DNA from: Vulcanimicrobiota bacterium
Lineage (GTDB): Bacteria > Vulcanimicrobiota > Vulcanimicrobiia > Vulcanimicrobiales > Vulcanimicrobiaceae
NCBI GenBank assembly: GCA_963714015.1
Contig: OY970223.1
Coordinates: 1 to 64,000 of the forward strand
DNA length: 64,000 bases
Direction: 5' to 3'
In this document: positions 20,539-31,986 of the stretch, piece after piece
Layout: each line of letters begins with the position of its first letter
Numbering within the stretch: the first letter of the stretch is position 1
Position numbers and translations under genes: made by a program
The notes under the pieces: generated by a model
Database searches by the model: none
Told to the model about the DNA's origin: nothing
What the model saw: only the letters and a program-made list of their open reading frames with translations

Positions 20539-21246
20539 ATGAAGTTCCGCCCCTTGTTTGCCGTATTGGTGCTCGCGTTTGCCGTCCTGCCGGTTCCGGC
20601 TCCGGCGCAGTTCGAAGATCGCGATTCAACGTACACCCAGGACGAGATGGACTGCATTCGCACTGATTCGCGCAACGCGGACTGGCACGGCCGCAATCTG
20701 CAGAACGCTTCGCTCGAGCGCACCGATCTGCGCGGCGCCAATCTGCGGGGCGCCGATCTGCGCGATGCCGATCTGAACTGCGTCGATTTGCGTGGGGCCG
20801 ATCTGCGTAATGCCGATCTGCGCGATACCCGCCTTGAAGGCGTGGACTTGGGCGGCGCCCAGCTCGCCGGCGCGCGGTTCGACGGAGCGGCTTCCAAAGG
20901 GCTGGGCCTCTCCGGAGACGCGCTCTCCGGCGTGAGCAACGACCAAGTCCGCGCGCTGTTGCGCGACTGCGTAGGCTGCGACCTCTCCGATGCGGATCTG
21001 CAGGGGCGCGATCTGAGCGATCTCCGCATCACCGGTGCGGATTTTTCACGCGCGAATTTGCGTAACGCCAATCTCTCGGGAACGCGATTTACCGGCGTAG
21101 ACTTCGCCCACACTCAGATCGACGGCGCTCGTCTCGATTCGGCCGAGTTCGTCGGCTGCGACTTCGAAGGCGTCGATTTGCGCCACTTGGATTTGAGCCG
21201 CACGCGCATGACGGGAGCCGACTTGCGGGGCGCTATCCTGCCTTAG
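20539..21246 (+). CDS. Secreted pentapeptide-repeat protein
   Basis: Signal peptide followed by many A(D/N)L(R/S)x repeats. Confidence 0.9.
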   Translation: MKFRPLFAVLVLAFAVLPVPAPAQFEDRDSTYTQDEMDCIRTDSRNADWHGRNLQNASLERTDLRGANLRGADLRDADLNCVDLRGADLRNADLRDTRLEGVDLGGAQLAGARFDGAASKGLGLSGDALSGVSNDQVRALLRDCVGCDLSDADLQGRDLSDLRITGADFSRANLRNANLSGTRFTGVDFAHTQIDGARLDSAEFVGCDFEGVDLRHLDLSRTRMTGADLRGAILP

Positions 21247-21250
21247 ACGA

Positions 21251-22720
21251 ATGACTCGCGCCATGCGGGTCTCCGGCGAACGCACGATCCCGGCATCTCT
21301 CACCGCCGGGATTCTTCTTATTACGGCGGCGATGAGCGCCCTCGCGCTTATTCGCTGGGGCGTTTGGAGCTTCGGAACGGACACCGGAACGTTCGCGCAA
21401 ATCGGATTGAATGCGTTCCGGGGATTCACTGACGGACCGGAGGGCGGCACCCATTTCGCCTTTCACTGGTCGCCGATTCTGGTGCTGCTCTATCCGTACG
21501 TGGCGCTCACGCACTCGCCGCTTGCGGCGCAGTTCGTGCAAATTGAAGCGATCGTACTGACGGCCGTTCCGCTTTTTGCGCTCGTCCGCAGTTATGCGGG
21601 CGAAAAGTGGGGCGCTCGGTGCGCGCTGCTGGCGCTGCTTTATCCTCCGCTGCTTTCCGTCGCTTTTGAAGAATTTCACGAGCTGGCATTTTATCCGGTG
21701 CTCGCGCTAGGACTCGTGTGGGCTGCGGATCGAGCGCGCTGGTATTGGTTCGCGGTATGCTCCATTCTTATCGTGATGGTGCGCGAAGACGTGTGCGTCG
21801 ATCTCATCGTTATCGGAATCGTGCTGGGCGTTCTCGGAATGCGCGCGCCGAGGCGCTCTGCGCGCGGGCTGCTTGCCGGCGATCCCATCGAACCCGAGCG
21901 GTTGACCGTCGCGGGATTTGGATTGGCGGCGCTTTCCGCTGGAGCTTTGGCAATGTACTTCGGCGTGGTGATTCCCCATGCCGGGCGCTGGGCGCCGCAG
22001 CACTTCTACGACTATCCTTTCGCGCATGGTCCGGGACAAACGGCGCTCGCAATCTTGACGCATCCAGGAGCCCTTGCGGCCGCAGTGCTGACGTTCGGGC
22101 GATTGACGTATTTGCTTGAAGCGTTCGTACCGCTGGCGATGCTGCCGCTTTTCTCACGCTGGACGCTGCTCGCGATCCCCGGGCTGCTCGGCGTTCTTCT
22201 CTCGAGCGATCCGATCGTGTGGCGCATGGGTTTTCACTACTCGCTGCTTTGGACGCCTTGGCTGCTTCTCGGCGCGGTTTGGGTATTGTGCCGGCTGACG
22301 TCGGACGACCGTGAACCGCAGGCGCGACGATGGTGGATCGCGGCGATTGCGCTGAGCGCACTCGTCCTCGTATTCTTCGATCCCATGCACCCGCTGCACT
22401 ATCTGCACAATCCGGATGCACAGCAGCCGTCAAATGTCGTTTCGGCCATGAGCTGCGTGCCCAGGAGCGCGCCCCTCATGACCCACGACGAATGGTTCGC
22501 GCACGTTGCAGCGGCATACCCGCACTCGACCAATCTCGACGAAAAAGCCTCGCAGTTCCGGGGATACGTCGTCTATACGCCCGACTGGCCGAACGAGCAT
22601 GTGCGAAGTGCGGTGCTGCCGGCACTGGAGCATGCACAAAAAGCGGGGAGGTTTGCCTTGATCTGCACGGCCGGGAAGATCCGCGTGCTGCGGTCTACTT
22701 CGTACCGTACATCGAAATGA
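21251..22720 (+). CDS. DUF2079-family polytopic membrane protein (GT-C-like)
   Basis: DTGTFAQ, HWSPIL, EFHELAF, VREDV, FHYS. Confidence 0.8.
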   Translation: MTRAMRVSGERTIPASLTAGILLITAAMSALALIRWGVWSFGTDTGTFAQIGLNAFRGFTDGPEGGTHFAFHWSPILVLLYPYVALTHSPLAAQFVQIEAIVLTAVPLFALVRSYAGEKWGARCALLALLYPPLLSVAFEEFHELAFYPVLALGLVWAADRARWYWFAVCSILIVMVREDVCVDLIVIGIVLGVLGMRAPRRSARGLLAGDPIEPERLTVAGFGLAALSAGALAMYFGVVIPHAGRWAPQHFYDYPFAHGPGQTALAILTHPGALAAAVLTFGRLTYLLEAFVPLAMLPLFSRWTLLAIPGLLGVLLSSDPIVWRMGFHYSLLWTPWLLLGAVWVLCRLTSDDREPQARRWWIAAIALSALVLVFFDPMHPLHYLHNPDAQQPSNVVSAMSCVPRSAPLMTHDEWFAHVAAAYPHSTNLDEKASQFRGYVVYTPDWPNEHVRSAVLPALEHAQKAGRFALICTAGKIRVLRSTSYRTSK

Positions 22721-24557
22721 CGCGCGCTGTTGGGCGTACGGGCTTCGAGTCTTGGATCAGTTGAATGAGATCGTCCCGGCGCATGGCATGATGGAAATAA
22801 TAGCCTTGCGCGTGATCGCACTTGAGCGAACGCACGAATTCCCACTGCGCCTCGTACTCGATGCCTTCGGCGATGACGCGCAGACCCAGCGTTTGGGCAA
22901 GCGTTAGTATGGCTTTCACGATGCCCTGATCGTATGGATCGCGCGTGACGTCGTCGATAAAGCCCTTGTCGATCTTGATCGCGTTTACCGGAAGCTTCTT
23001 GATGTAGCCGAGCGAGCTGTAACCGGTTCCGAAGTCGTCGACCACGATCTTCACTCCGCTTGCGTGCACGCGGGAAAGCGTCGCCAGCGAGAGATCGTTG
23101 AGCATGACGTTCTCCGTAACTTCCAAATCGACGGCCGAAGGCGGCAGGCTGTACTCTGCGAGCACGGCCTCCAGAACGGCCGGAAAATCTTGCTCGTAGA
23201 AGTCGCGCGGCGACAGGTTGATCGCGATTCGGAAGTCCGGCGCCAGGCTCGAGCGAATAGCTGCGGCAGTCGAACACGATTGCGCGAGCACCCATCGGCT
23301 TATGTCGACGATAATGCCGGTCTCTTCGGCAATCGGGACGAACGCGCCGGGCATCAACTCTCCCAGCAGCGGATGGCGCCAGCGCAGCAGCCCTTCGGCG
23401 CCCACGACGCGCCGCGTCTCCACCTCGACGATCGGCTGATACAGCAGCGTCAACTCGTTGCGGGCCAGGGCCTGGCGCAGATCCTGTTCCAATCCCATAC
23501 GTTCGAGCACGTGCGCGTGCATGGTGCCGTCGTAAAACTTGGCATTGTTGCGGCCGGATTCTTTTGCGCGGTACATTGCCGAGTCGGCAAAGGCGATGAG
23601 TTCGTCGGCCGTTTCGGCGTTCTGCGGAAAGATGCTCGTGCCGACGCTGGCCGTTACGAACAGCTCGCGGCCATGAATGTCGAACGGCTCGGAGAACGCG
23701 CTCAAGACGTCCATTGCGACGGAAGCAACCGTGCGTTTGTGTTTGATAGCCTGAACGACGACCACGAATTCATCGCCGCCGGGCCTAAAGATCGTGGCAT
23801 GAGCGGTTAGGCGCTGCTTGAGCCGCGAGGCGACTTGTTTGAGCAGTTCGTCGCCCATGTGGTGCCCGAGCGTATCGTTGATCGTCTTGAATCGATCGAC
23901 GTCGACGAACAGCACCGCGACGCCGTCTTCATTTTCGACCGCCTCTTCCAGCATTTTCGGGAGCCGCTCGTTGAGCGCCAGCCGGTTCGGCAGTTCGGTA
24001 AGCGCATCTTGCCGCGCGAGCCGCGCGAAGCGTTCGGCGTTCTCGCGCATGTCCGTGATGTCCAGCATGACCGCAACGGCCCCGACGACGTCGCCGCAGT
24101 CGTCGCGCAACGGTTCCACGTCGTTCTGCATCCAGCGCCCGTCATGGAGAGACTCATAGCGAACGGTCTCTCCTTCGATCGCGCGGCGCAGAGCGTCGAG
24201 GGACTGAAGGCGCTGCTCGTCGTCGACGATGAACGCATCGACGGGCTTGCCGATGAGTTGCTCCGGATGCCGCTCGCTCAGCTTCCCGCCGGAAACCGAA
24301 GTCAGCAGAAGATCACGGTCGACGGTCCAGAGGACCGCAGGGACTTGCGTGAGCAGCAAGCGCAACCGATTTTCGCTCTCGCGTGAGAGCATGTCGGCCC
24401 GGTGGTAATTGTCGAGCAGCTTGCGCATGTCGCGGCGGTTCCGGAGATGTGAAAAATGAACGCTGATTAAAACAGCGAACGCGAGCGCCACGGCGACATA
24501 AGCCGCCATCACCCCTATGGCCATCACTGTTAACGTTCGGAAAAAAGCAAGCGTCAC
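22695..24557 (-). CDS. PAS-GGDEF-EAL diguanylate cyclase/phosphodiesterase with an N-terminal TM helix
   Basis: DALTELPNR, DVDRFKTINDTLGH, GGDEF, YQP, EGLLRW, DDFGTGYSSL, IAEGIE, QGYYF. Confidence 0.93.
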   Translation of the reverse strand: MTLAFFRTLTVMAIGVMAAYVAVALAFAVLISVHFSHLRNRRDMRKLLDNYHRADMLSRESENRLRLLLTQVPAVLWTVDRDLLLTSVSGGKLSERHPEQLIGKPVDAFIVDDEQRLQSLDALRRAIEGETVRYESLHDGRWMQNDVEPLRDDCGDVVGAVAVMLDITDMRENAERFARLARQDALTELPNRLALNERLPKMLEEAVENEDGVAVLFVDVDRFKTINDTLGHHMGDELLKQVASRLKQRLTAHATIFRPGGDEFVVVVQAIKHKRTVASVAMDVLSAFSEPFDIHGRELFVTASVGTSIFPQNAETADELIAFADSAMYRAKESGRNNAKFYDGTMHAHVLERMGLEQDLRQALARNELTLLYQPIVEVETRRVVGAEGLLRWRHPLLGELMPGAFVPIAEETGIIVDISRWVLAQSCSTAAAIRSSLAPDFRIAINLSPRDFYEQDFPAVLEAVLAEYSLPPSAVDLEVTENVMLNDLSLATLSRVHASGVKIVVDDFGTGYSSLGYIKKLPVNAIKIDKGFIDDVTRDPYDQGIVKAILTLAQTLGLRVIAEGIEYEAQWEFVRSLKCDHAQGYYFHHAMRRDDLIQLIQDSKPVRPTARVISMYGTK

Positions 24558-24602
24558 GCAACGCAGCCCGCGTAAACGCCGAGTTAAGCTCGCGTAAGGC
24601 TT

Positions 24603-24848
24603 TTAACCGTCGTGAAAAGTGCGGCGCTTTCCGGAGTCGTCTAAGGTGAGATCTTCCAGAAAATAGTAGACGATCTTACGATCGTCGAAGCCCACCTTTG
24701 CCAGCTCGCGGCCGCCGACGTTCATCACTTCGTGGATGCGCCCGGTGCGGCCGGCGTACTCGAAGTTGATCGGCGCGTAGTTGGGGTCGCCTTCCTTCGG
24801 GTGCGGAGTAGCCTTTACGCCTCGCAGCGGGGTGTTGTGGCGATGCAT
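24603..24848 (-). CDS. Small hypothetical protein (81 aa)
   Basis: Protein-like composition (YAGRTGRIHEV..LAKVGFDDRKIVYYFLEDL); fills the gap between its neighbours. Confidence 0.6.
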   Translation of the reverse strand: MHRHNTPLRGVKATPHPKEGDPNYAPINFEYAGRTGRIHEVMNVGGRELAKVGFDDRKIVYYFLEDLTLDDSGKRRTFHDG

Positions 24849-24875
24849 CCGAAACGGCTTCGGCGGAGGCTCTGC

Positions 24876-25427
24876 ATGATCATTGAATACCGCGGCCGCG
24901 TGCCTAAGGTCGATCCTACTGCGTTCGTGGCGCCGACCGCCGTCCTGATAGGCGACGTCGAAGTGGGGGCCGAGTCCAGCATCTGGTTCGGCGCGGTTTT
25001 GCGCGGCGACAACGGCCCGATTCGGGTCGGAGATCGAACCTCCATACAAGACAACTGCGTCGTCCACGTCAGCGAGCACGGCGAAACGATCGTCGGCGAC
25101 GACGTCACGGTAGGGCACTGCGCCGTCATGGAAGACTGCCGGATCGAGCGCAAAGCGCTGATCGGCAGCAACGCCGTCGTCCTGGGCGGCGCGGTCGTGG
25201 GCGAAGGTTCGCTGATCGCAGCGGGGAGCGTCGTGGGCGAGCGAGCGCAGATTCCCCCCGGAGTCCTCGCAGCCGGTTCGCCTGCAAAAGTCAAAAAACA
25301 CATTGAAGGCGAGGCGGCCACCTGGATCGACGTCAGTGCGGCGGAGTACGTCAAACTTTCGCGCGCCTATATAGAGCAAGGCGCAACACACGGCTTTTCC
25401 GGCAATCTACATAGGTCAGGCTCCTAA
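24876..25427 (+). CDS. Gamma carbonic anhydrase family (hexapeptide repeat) protein
   Basis: PTAFVAPTAVLIGDV, IWFGAVLRGD, IQDNCVVH, VTVGH, GSPAKV. Confidence 0.9.
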   Translation: MIIEYRGRVPKVDPTAFVAPTAVLIGDVEVGAESSIWFGAVLRGDNGPIRVGDRTSIQDNCVVHVSEHGETIVGDDVTVGHCAVMEDCRIERKALIGSNAVVLGGAVVGEGSLIAAGSVVGERAQIPPGVLAAGSPAKVKKHIEGEAATWIDVSAAEYVKLSRAYIEQGATHGFSGNLHRSGS

Positions 25428-25445
25428 TTTAAAGAAGATTCCCAC

Positions 25446-27238
25446 GTGAGCACCGTCAACGATCTAACGATCCGCGCTGCAACGGTCAACGGCTCGGGCA
25501 GTCAATCGGCGAATCTGGTTTTGACCAATGCTATCTTTCGCATGGGCATCCCGGTTGCGCCCAAGAACGTCTTTCCGTCGAACATCGAAGGGCTTCCCAC
25601 GTGGTTCGACGTTCGGGTTACCCCCCAAGGTTACCAGTGCCGCAGTCGCGACGTCGACGTTCTGGTCGCACTCAATCTCGCGACGTGGCATACGGACGTT
25701 GCGGACGTAAAGAGCGGCGGGCTCGTCATTCACGAGTCGTCATATGCGGTTACCGGCTCCGTCCAGCGCGAAGACCTGACGTATTTTTCAGTGCCGTTCG
25801 CAAAATTGGCCAAGGAGCACGTCGCCGACGGCACTCTGCGCAAGTATTTGACGAACATGATCTACGTCGGCGTTCTGGCATATCTGCTTGGAATCGATCT
25901 TTCTTACATAGAGACCGCGCTGCGCGTACAATTCAAGACCAAGCCCAAGGCCGTCGACACCAACTTGGACGCTGCGCGGCTGGGTTTCGAGTACGCGCGC
26001 GAGCATCTTACGAAAAGCGACGCATACCGTCTGGAACCAATGACCGGCAAAACCGAACATTCCATTTTGATGGACGGCAACAACGCCGCTGCATTGGGCT
26101 GCGTTATGGGCGGATGCACGGTCGCCGCGTGGTATCCGATCACGCCGTCGTCCTCGCTCTGCGAAGCGTTCATTCAATATTGCAATCGTTACCGGACCGA
26201 TGCGCAAACCGGTGAACGCAAGGCCGCGATCGTTCAGGCCGAGGATGAATTGGCGGCAATCGGCATGGTGTTCGGCGCAACGTGGGCGGGCGCGCGCGCG
26301 ATGACCTCAACGTCGGGACCAGGCCTCTCGCTTATGGCGGAGTTTGCCGGCCTGGGGTATTATGCCGAACTTCCCGGCGTTATTTTTGACGTTCAGCGTG
26401 CCGGACCGTCGACGGGGTTGCCGACGCGAACGCTTCAAGGTGATGTCGCCTTCGCCTATACGCTCTCCCACGGCGACACGAAACACATCGTGCTGCTCCC
26501 CGCGAACGTCCTCGAAGCGTACGAATTTTCGATGCAGGCGTTCGATTTGGCGGATCGGTTTCAGACGCCGATCTTCGTGCTGAGCGACCTCGATCTCGGC
26601 ATGAACCTCTGGATGACGCCGCCTCTCTCTTACCCGGAGCGGCCCTTCGACCGCGGCAAAGTTCTGGACGCCGAGGCCTTAGCGAAAGTCGAGGGCTGGG
26701 GCCGGTACCGCGACGTCGACGGCGACGGTATTCCGTACCGCACATTGCCGGGAACCGAGCATCCTTCGGCCGGATTTTTCACGCGCGGATCGGGACACGA
26801 CGACGAGGCCAAGTACTCCGAGAATCCGGCGGTCTTCCGGAACAATCTGGATCGGCTTTCGCGCAAGCACGATACCGCTAGGAGCGCCGTCCCGCAGCCG
26901 CTGATCGAATCCGCCGGCTCTTCGATGGCGATCTTGGCGTACGGCACAACCCATCACGCCGTCGTGGAGGCGCGCGACCGCTTGAGGGAGCAAGGGATCC
27001 AAACGGACTATCTGCGCGTGCGCGCGCTGCCGCTCTCGTCACAGGTGTTGGACTTCATCGAGCAGCACGAGCGCGTATACGTCGTCGAGCAGAACCGCGA
27101 TGGACAGACTGTACGGCTTGCTGCGCGCAGAGTCTGCCGCCGCACTTGATCGATCGTCTCTATTCCATTCGTCATTACAACGGCGTCCCGATCGACGCGT
27201 CGGTCGTCCTCGACGAACTTCAAGGAGTCCTGGTATGA
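25446..27238 (+). CDS. 2-oxoacid:ferredoxin oxidoreductase alpha subunit; two indels (27108, 27133)
   Basis: NGSGSQSAN, WYPITPSS, QAEDELAA, TSGPGLSLM, QRAGPSTGLPT; corrected C-terminus QLYGLLRAELPPHLIDRLYSIRHYNGVPI. Confidence 0.92.
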
Positions 27239-28271
27239 GCACGGAGACAACGCCCCTCAACGTCAACCGCATCGGTCTCTCTCGGGACGTCTATAAGGGG
27301 TTGGCCAGCACGCTGTGCGCCGGCTGCGGCCACAATTCGATTACGAACAATCTGATCAAGGCGCTCTACGATTACGGCGTCGACCCGTACAAGCTTGCGA
27401 AGATGAGCGGCATCGGCTGCTCTTCGAAGACGCCCGCATACTTCGTCGAACGGGCGCACGGGTTCAACGGTGTTCACGGACGGATGCCCTCGCTGGCAAC
27501 CGGCGCAAAACTAGCGAACCGCGAACTGATGATGCTGGGAATCAGCGGTGACGGGGACACGGCGAGCATCGGGCTTGGCCAGTACTGTCACATGATCCGG
27601 CGCAACGTCGACTGCACCTACATCATCGAGGACAACGGCTGCTACGGACTAACGAAAGGACAATTCTCCGCAACGGCAGACCGCGGCTCGGTACTCAAAA
27701 AGGGGCAGGTCAATGAATTCGAAACGATCGACGTCTGCGGACTCGCTTTGGAGTCGGGGCCACATTCGTTGCGCGCTCCTTCTCCGGCGACGGCAAACAG
27801 CTGATTCCATTGCTGCAGGCCGCATTTTCGCACCGCGGAATCGCCGTTCTGGACGTGATCAGCCCGTGCGTGACGTTCAACGACCACGAAGGGTCGACCA
27901 AGAGCTACAACTACATCAAAGAGCATCACGCGATGCTCCACACGCCGGACTTCATCGCGAACGCAAAAGAGATCACGGTCGACTACGAGCCCGGGACCGT
28001 TCAGGAAATTACGTTCGAGGACGGCAACCGGGTGCTGCTGCGCAAGCTCGACGTCGACTACGACGCGACGGATCGATCGGTTGCGATGCGCGTGATGCAC
28101 GAGGCGCGATCTCGCGGGGAACTCGTGACAGGACTACTATTCGTGGACACCTCCGCGCGCGATCTGTGTTCGCGCGAGGGCCTCTCCAGCGTACCGCTCG
28201 CGCAGTTGCGCGAGGACGACCTGCGTCCGTCGCGCGATCAATGGGACACGCTCATGGAAAGCTTCAAATAA
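27235..28271 (+). CDS. 2-oxoacid:ferredoxin oxidoreductase beta subunit; indel near 27753
   Basis: LCAGCGH, SGIGCSSK, HGRM, SGDGD, YGLTKGQFS, ISPCVTFN. Confidence 0.92.
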
Positions 28272-28279
28272 CCGTAAAG

Positions 28280-28621
28280 TTACTTACTGTAGATTTTTAT
28301 TTCGTACTGATCCGGATCCAGTAGAAAGACCTGATAGGCGCCGTCATGCGTCGCGGGACCGGCAATGATTCGCACGCCCTTTTCGCGCAGCTTACGCGTC
28401 CATTCGTCGACGTCCGCCGGCCGATCAACTTGGAATCCGAAATGAAACTTGCCGCGAGCCGAGGGGGGGTTTTCGGTAAGTTCGAGCAGCAAATCCGGCC
28501 ACCGCACGCAGACGCATTGATCGACCCGCTCGACTTGCAGGCCCAATGCATCGGCATAGAACCGCTCGGACTCGGCAAGATCGCTTACGCCAAGGTTGAG
28601 ATATGAAATCTTCAACGTCAT
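28280..28621 (-). CDS. VOC/glyoxalase family protein
   Basis: [29 protein letters not shown]. Confidence 0.85.
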   Translation of the reverse strand: MTLKISYLNLGVSDLAESERFYADALGLQVERVDQCVCVRWPDLLLELTENPPSARGKFHFGFQVDRPADVDEWTRKLREKGVRIIAGPATHDGAYQVFLLDPDQYEIKIYSK

Positions 28622-29983
28622 GGTGCCGGGTAGTGTGAGGCGTCCGCGTAGGGGCGGAAGAGCGTGTACTCGCGCAAAAAGCGCAGCTTAACAGTACCGG
28701 TGGGGCCGTTGCGGTGCTTAGCGATGATAAATTCGGTCAAATCCGGTTCGGGCACCTCGTTATGGTAATATCCCTCCCTGAATAGAAATGCGACCATATC
28801 GGATTCCTGCTCCAAGGAGCCCGAGTCACGAAGGTCGCTCAGCATCGGACGCTTGTCGTTCCGCGACTCGACGCCGCGATTCAATTGGGCCAGTGCGACG
28901 ATCGGCACTTGGAGATCTTTGGCCGTCGTTTTGAGCGTACGGCATATCTCGGAGAGGCTCTTCGTTGCGATTTGCGCCGCGGCTCAGCACGCTGGGACGC
29001 AGCAGCTGCAGATAATCGACGAAAACTGCGCTCAGCCCATGCCCTGATTTGAGCCGCCGGCAACGGCTGCGAATCTCCGAGACGGAAAGTCCGCCGGCAT
29101 CGTCGAGGTAGATCGAGAGCTCGTTGAGCTCGCCCATCGCGTCGGAGATCTTCTCCCAGTGTTCGTTCTTGATATTGCCGCGACGCATGTCATGCATGCT
29201 GATTTGCGCTTCGGCGCAAATCAACCGCTGAACGAGCTCATCGTTGGACATCTCCAGCGAAAAAAAAGCGATCGGCGCGTTCTCTTCCCGCGCTGCTGCA
29301 ACGGCCATGTTGAGTGCGAACGAAGTCTTTCCCATGCCCGGGCGCGCGGCGACGATGATGAAGTTGCCCGGCTGAAAGCCGGTCGTCATCTCGTCGATGT
29401 CGTGGAATCCCGCCGTCAGCCCGGTGCGGCCGCCCCGATTGTGAAACAGCTTGTCGATGTGCTCGAACGCGGGCTTGAGCAGCCGGCTGACGGGCGTGAA
29501 ATCACCGTGCAGCTGACGATTTCCCAGTTCGTAAACCATCTGTTCGCTCTGGTCGAGCGCGCCGTCGACGTCTTCTTCGTTCTCGTAACCGAGTTGCGTT
29601 ATACGGGTCCCGGCATGAATCAGTCCGCGCAGTACCGATTTCTCGCGAACGATCTTGGCGTAATACGCTGCCGACGCAGCGCTCTGCACCGTGTCCATCA
29701 GCGAACTGAGATACGACAGGCCCCCGACGTTCTCGAGATCGCCGCGGCGCTTCAAATCCTCGGCAACCGTAATCTTATCGAGCGGCTCGCCGCGGTCGTA
29801 AAGATGCTGCAGCACGGCAAAGATCGACTCGTGCACGTGCGCATAGAAGTCGCTCGGGCGCACGATCTCGCTGACGACGCCCATGATCTCTCGATCCACG
29901 AGCACCGACCCGATGAGCGCCATCTCCGCCTCGATGTTTTGCGGAGGAATACGGTCGATGACGGGCAGGTTGGTGATGCTCAT
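28618..29983 (-). CDS. dnaB: Replicative DNA helicase; frameshift near 28956
   Basis: [55 protein letters not shown]. Confidence 0.96.
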
Positions 29984-31977
29984 GGGCGAGCAGCACTACT
30001 GCGCCGTGCGCGCGCCCCTCGCCTTGTGGATTTCTTGTGGAGAGAGAGCGCCCGGAACGCCTGCTCGACGGATGCGATCGGAATAACTTCGATGCCCGCG
30101 AGCGAGCGGTCAATCTCGCGCATATTTTCCTTCGGTATGAGAATCGCGCGCATTCCGGCTTGCCGCGCCGCGTATAATTTCTCAACGATACCGCCTACGG
30201 GGCGAACCTTGCCTTGAATAGAGAGTTCGCCGGTAATTGCTACGTCTTGCGGCAGCGGAACCTTCGTAAGCGCCGAGTAGAGCGCAAGGAAAATCGCGAG
30301 TCCGGCAGACGGCCCGTCGATGTTGCCGCCTCCGATTACGTTAATGTGAAGATCGTAGTTTGCGGTATCCATGCCGGTCACGGCGCGCAGCACGGCTGCA
30401 GCATTGAAAACACTGTCCTTCGCCATCGAACCGGCCGCATCGTTGAATCGGACGGTGCCCTTTCCGGCAGTTCCCGTCGCAAACGCGACGGCTTCGATTT
30501 CGATGATGCTGCCCAAATAATGCAGCACACCCAAACCGTAGGTCTTGCCGACCTCGCGCGTGGCGCGGCCCTTGACGATCGTATGCTGCACCAGGCGGCC
30601 CGACTGCACGACGTCGGACACGTCTTCTTCGGTAATCGTTACCGCTACGGCGCCCACGAGGTCTTTGCTCTCCCGCCCGGGCCGGCGCTGCGCGTGTGCC
30701 CGGTACAATGCGTGCCCGTAAGCATCTGCTACAATCTGCACCGCTTTGCGGCCTTCGATCGTGTACGATGCGATTAGGGGCGCGACGCCGCGCGCAGCCT
30801 TCGCGCTCAGACGCTTGAGCGCGCCGTTTACGATCGTGACGATTTGATGTTGCGTAAGCGGCTCGAAGTACACTGCCGCGGCGCGCGAGCGAATGGCAGG
30901 ATCGATATCTTCCGGTTCGCGCGTCGTTGCGCCGATCAGGATGAAATCTGCCGGCGCGCCTTGCGCAAATAGGCGCTTTATATAAGCGGGAATGTTCGGA
31001 GAACTCTCGTCGTAATAGGAAGATTCGAACGTGACCTTTTTATCCTCGAGCACTTTGAGCAGCCGGGTCTGCAGCAGCGGATCCATCTCCCCGATCTCGT
31101 CGATGAAGAGCACGCCGCCGTGCGCCCTCGTGACCAGCCCGAGCTTCGGCTCGGGGATGCCGCTCTCGGCGAATTCGCGGCGGCTTCCCTGATAAATCGG
31201 GTCGTGAACGCTGCCGAGAAGTGGATTGGTAGTCTCGCGCGGATCCCAGCGCAGCGTCGTGCCGCTCGCCTCCACAAATGGCGCGTCCTTCTTGAACGGC
31301 GTATATGCGCGCGTTTTCGCGACTTCGAGCGCAAGCCGTGCGACCGTGGTTTTTCCGACGCCCGGCGGTCCGTAGAGAATCACATGCTGCGGATAGGGCG
31401 AGGAGATTTTGGAGAGCAGCGAACGTATCGCGGCTTCTTGACCGACCACCTCTTTGAGCGATTGCGGGCGCAGCAGCTGCAGCGCGGAGGCGGCCAAACC
31501 GCGCGCACCGAGCTGGTCGAGTTCCTCGAGCTTCTTTTGCGTAGCCGGCGTCTCGGGACCCGAGTCCTCACGCAGGGCCTCGAGTTTTAAATCCTTCAGA
31601 TACTCCTGATGGCGTGAGACCATTTTGGAGTTAATCTTCTGCTCGATTGAGTCTTCGACGTTTTTTTGCGCGATGAGGTCCGCCAGACGCTCTTCGATGT
31701 CCGCGATCACGCGGCGCGTGTTCGCGCGGCCCGTGACGCGTTCGAGCGTCGGGTCCTCACAAACCAAACGCGCAAGCGCGCAGACGCGATCGGGCAATGC
31801 CTGCGAACGCATCATTTTGAGCGCGTTCATCTTGCCGGCGCGTAAGACGAGCTTGTCCGGGCCAATGGTGTTGGCAAGCACGTCGTAAAGCGCCGAGACG
31901 TAGCGTGAGGTCTCGTCTTCGCTGCTGAATTTGCGGCGAAAGCGCGTGACGTATTGGTTTTCGCCTGCGGCGGCCAT
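29980..31977 (-). CDS. lonC: Lon-family ATP-dependent protease (LonC/LonB-like)
   Basis: GPPGVGKT, NPLLGSVHDPIYQG, LFIDEIGE, DGPSAG, ITGELSIQG, EKLYAA. Confidence 0.85.
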   Translation of the reverse strand: MAAAGENQYVTRFRRKFSSEDETSRYVSALYDVLANTIGPDKLVLRAGKMNALKMMRSQALPDRVCALARLVCEDPTLERVTGRANTRRVIADIEERLADLIAQKNVEDSIEQKINSKMVSRHQEYLKDLKLEALREDSGPETPATQKKLEELDQLGARGLAASALQLLRPQSLKEVVGQEAAIRSLLSKISSPYPQHVILYGPPGVGKTTVARLALEVAKTRAYTPFKKDAPFVEASGTTLRWDPRETTNPLLGSVHDPIYQGSRREFAESGIPEPKLGLVTRAHGGVLFIDEIGEMDPLLQTRLLKVLEDKKVTFESSYYDESSPNIPAYIKRLFAQGAPADFILIGATTREPEDIDPAIRSRAAAVYFEPLTQHQIVTIVNGALKRLSAKAARGVAPLIASYTIEGRKAVQIVADAYGHALYRAHAQRRPGRESKDLVGAVAVTITEEDVSDVVQSGRLVQHTIVKGRATREVGKTYGLGVLHYLGSIIEIEAVAFATGTAGKGTVRFNDAAGSMAKDSVFNAAAVLRAVTGMDTANYDLHINVIGGGNIDGPSAGLAIFLALYSALTKVPLPQDVAITGELSIQGKVRPVGGIVEKLYAARQAGMRAILIPKENMREIDRSLAGIEVIPIASVEQAFRALSLHKKSTRRGARARRSSAARP

Positions 31978-31986
31978 GGCCTAGGC

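Noticed and set aside
20690..21240. Short GCCGATCTGCG-type repeats as a CRISPR or DNA repeat array
   Set aside because: They have 15-bp periodicity and encode pentapeptide repeats; there are no spacers or cas genes.
1293..29983. hemL, lysA, both oxidoreductase subunits, dnaB and the M48 protease as pseudogenes or programmed frameshifts
   Set aside because: Both halves of each gene are intact, several genes are essential, there are no slippery heptamers, and many indels share the AGCT context. Sequencing error is the simpler explanation.
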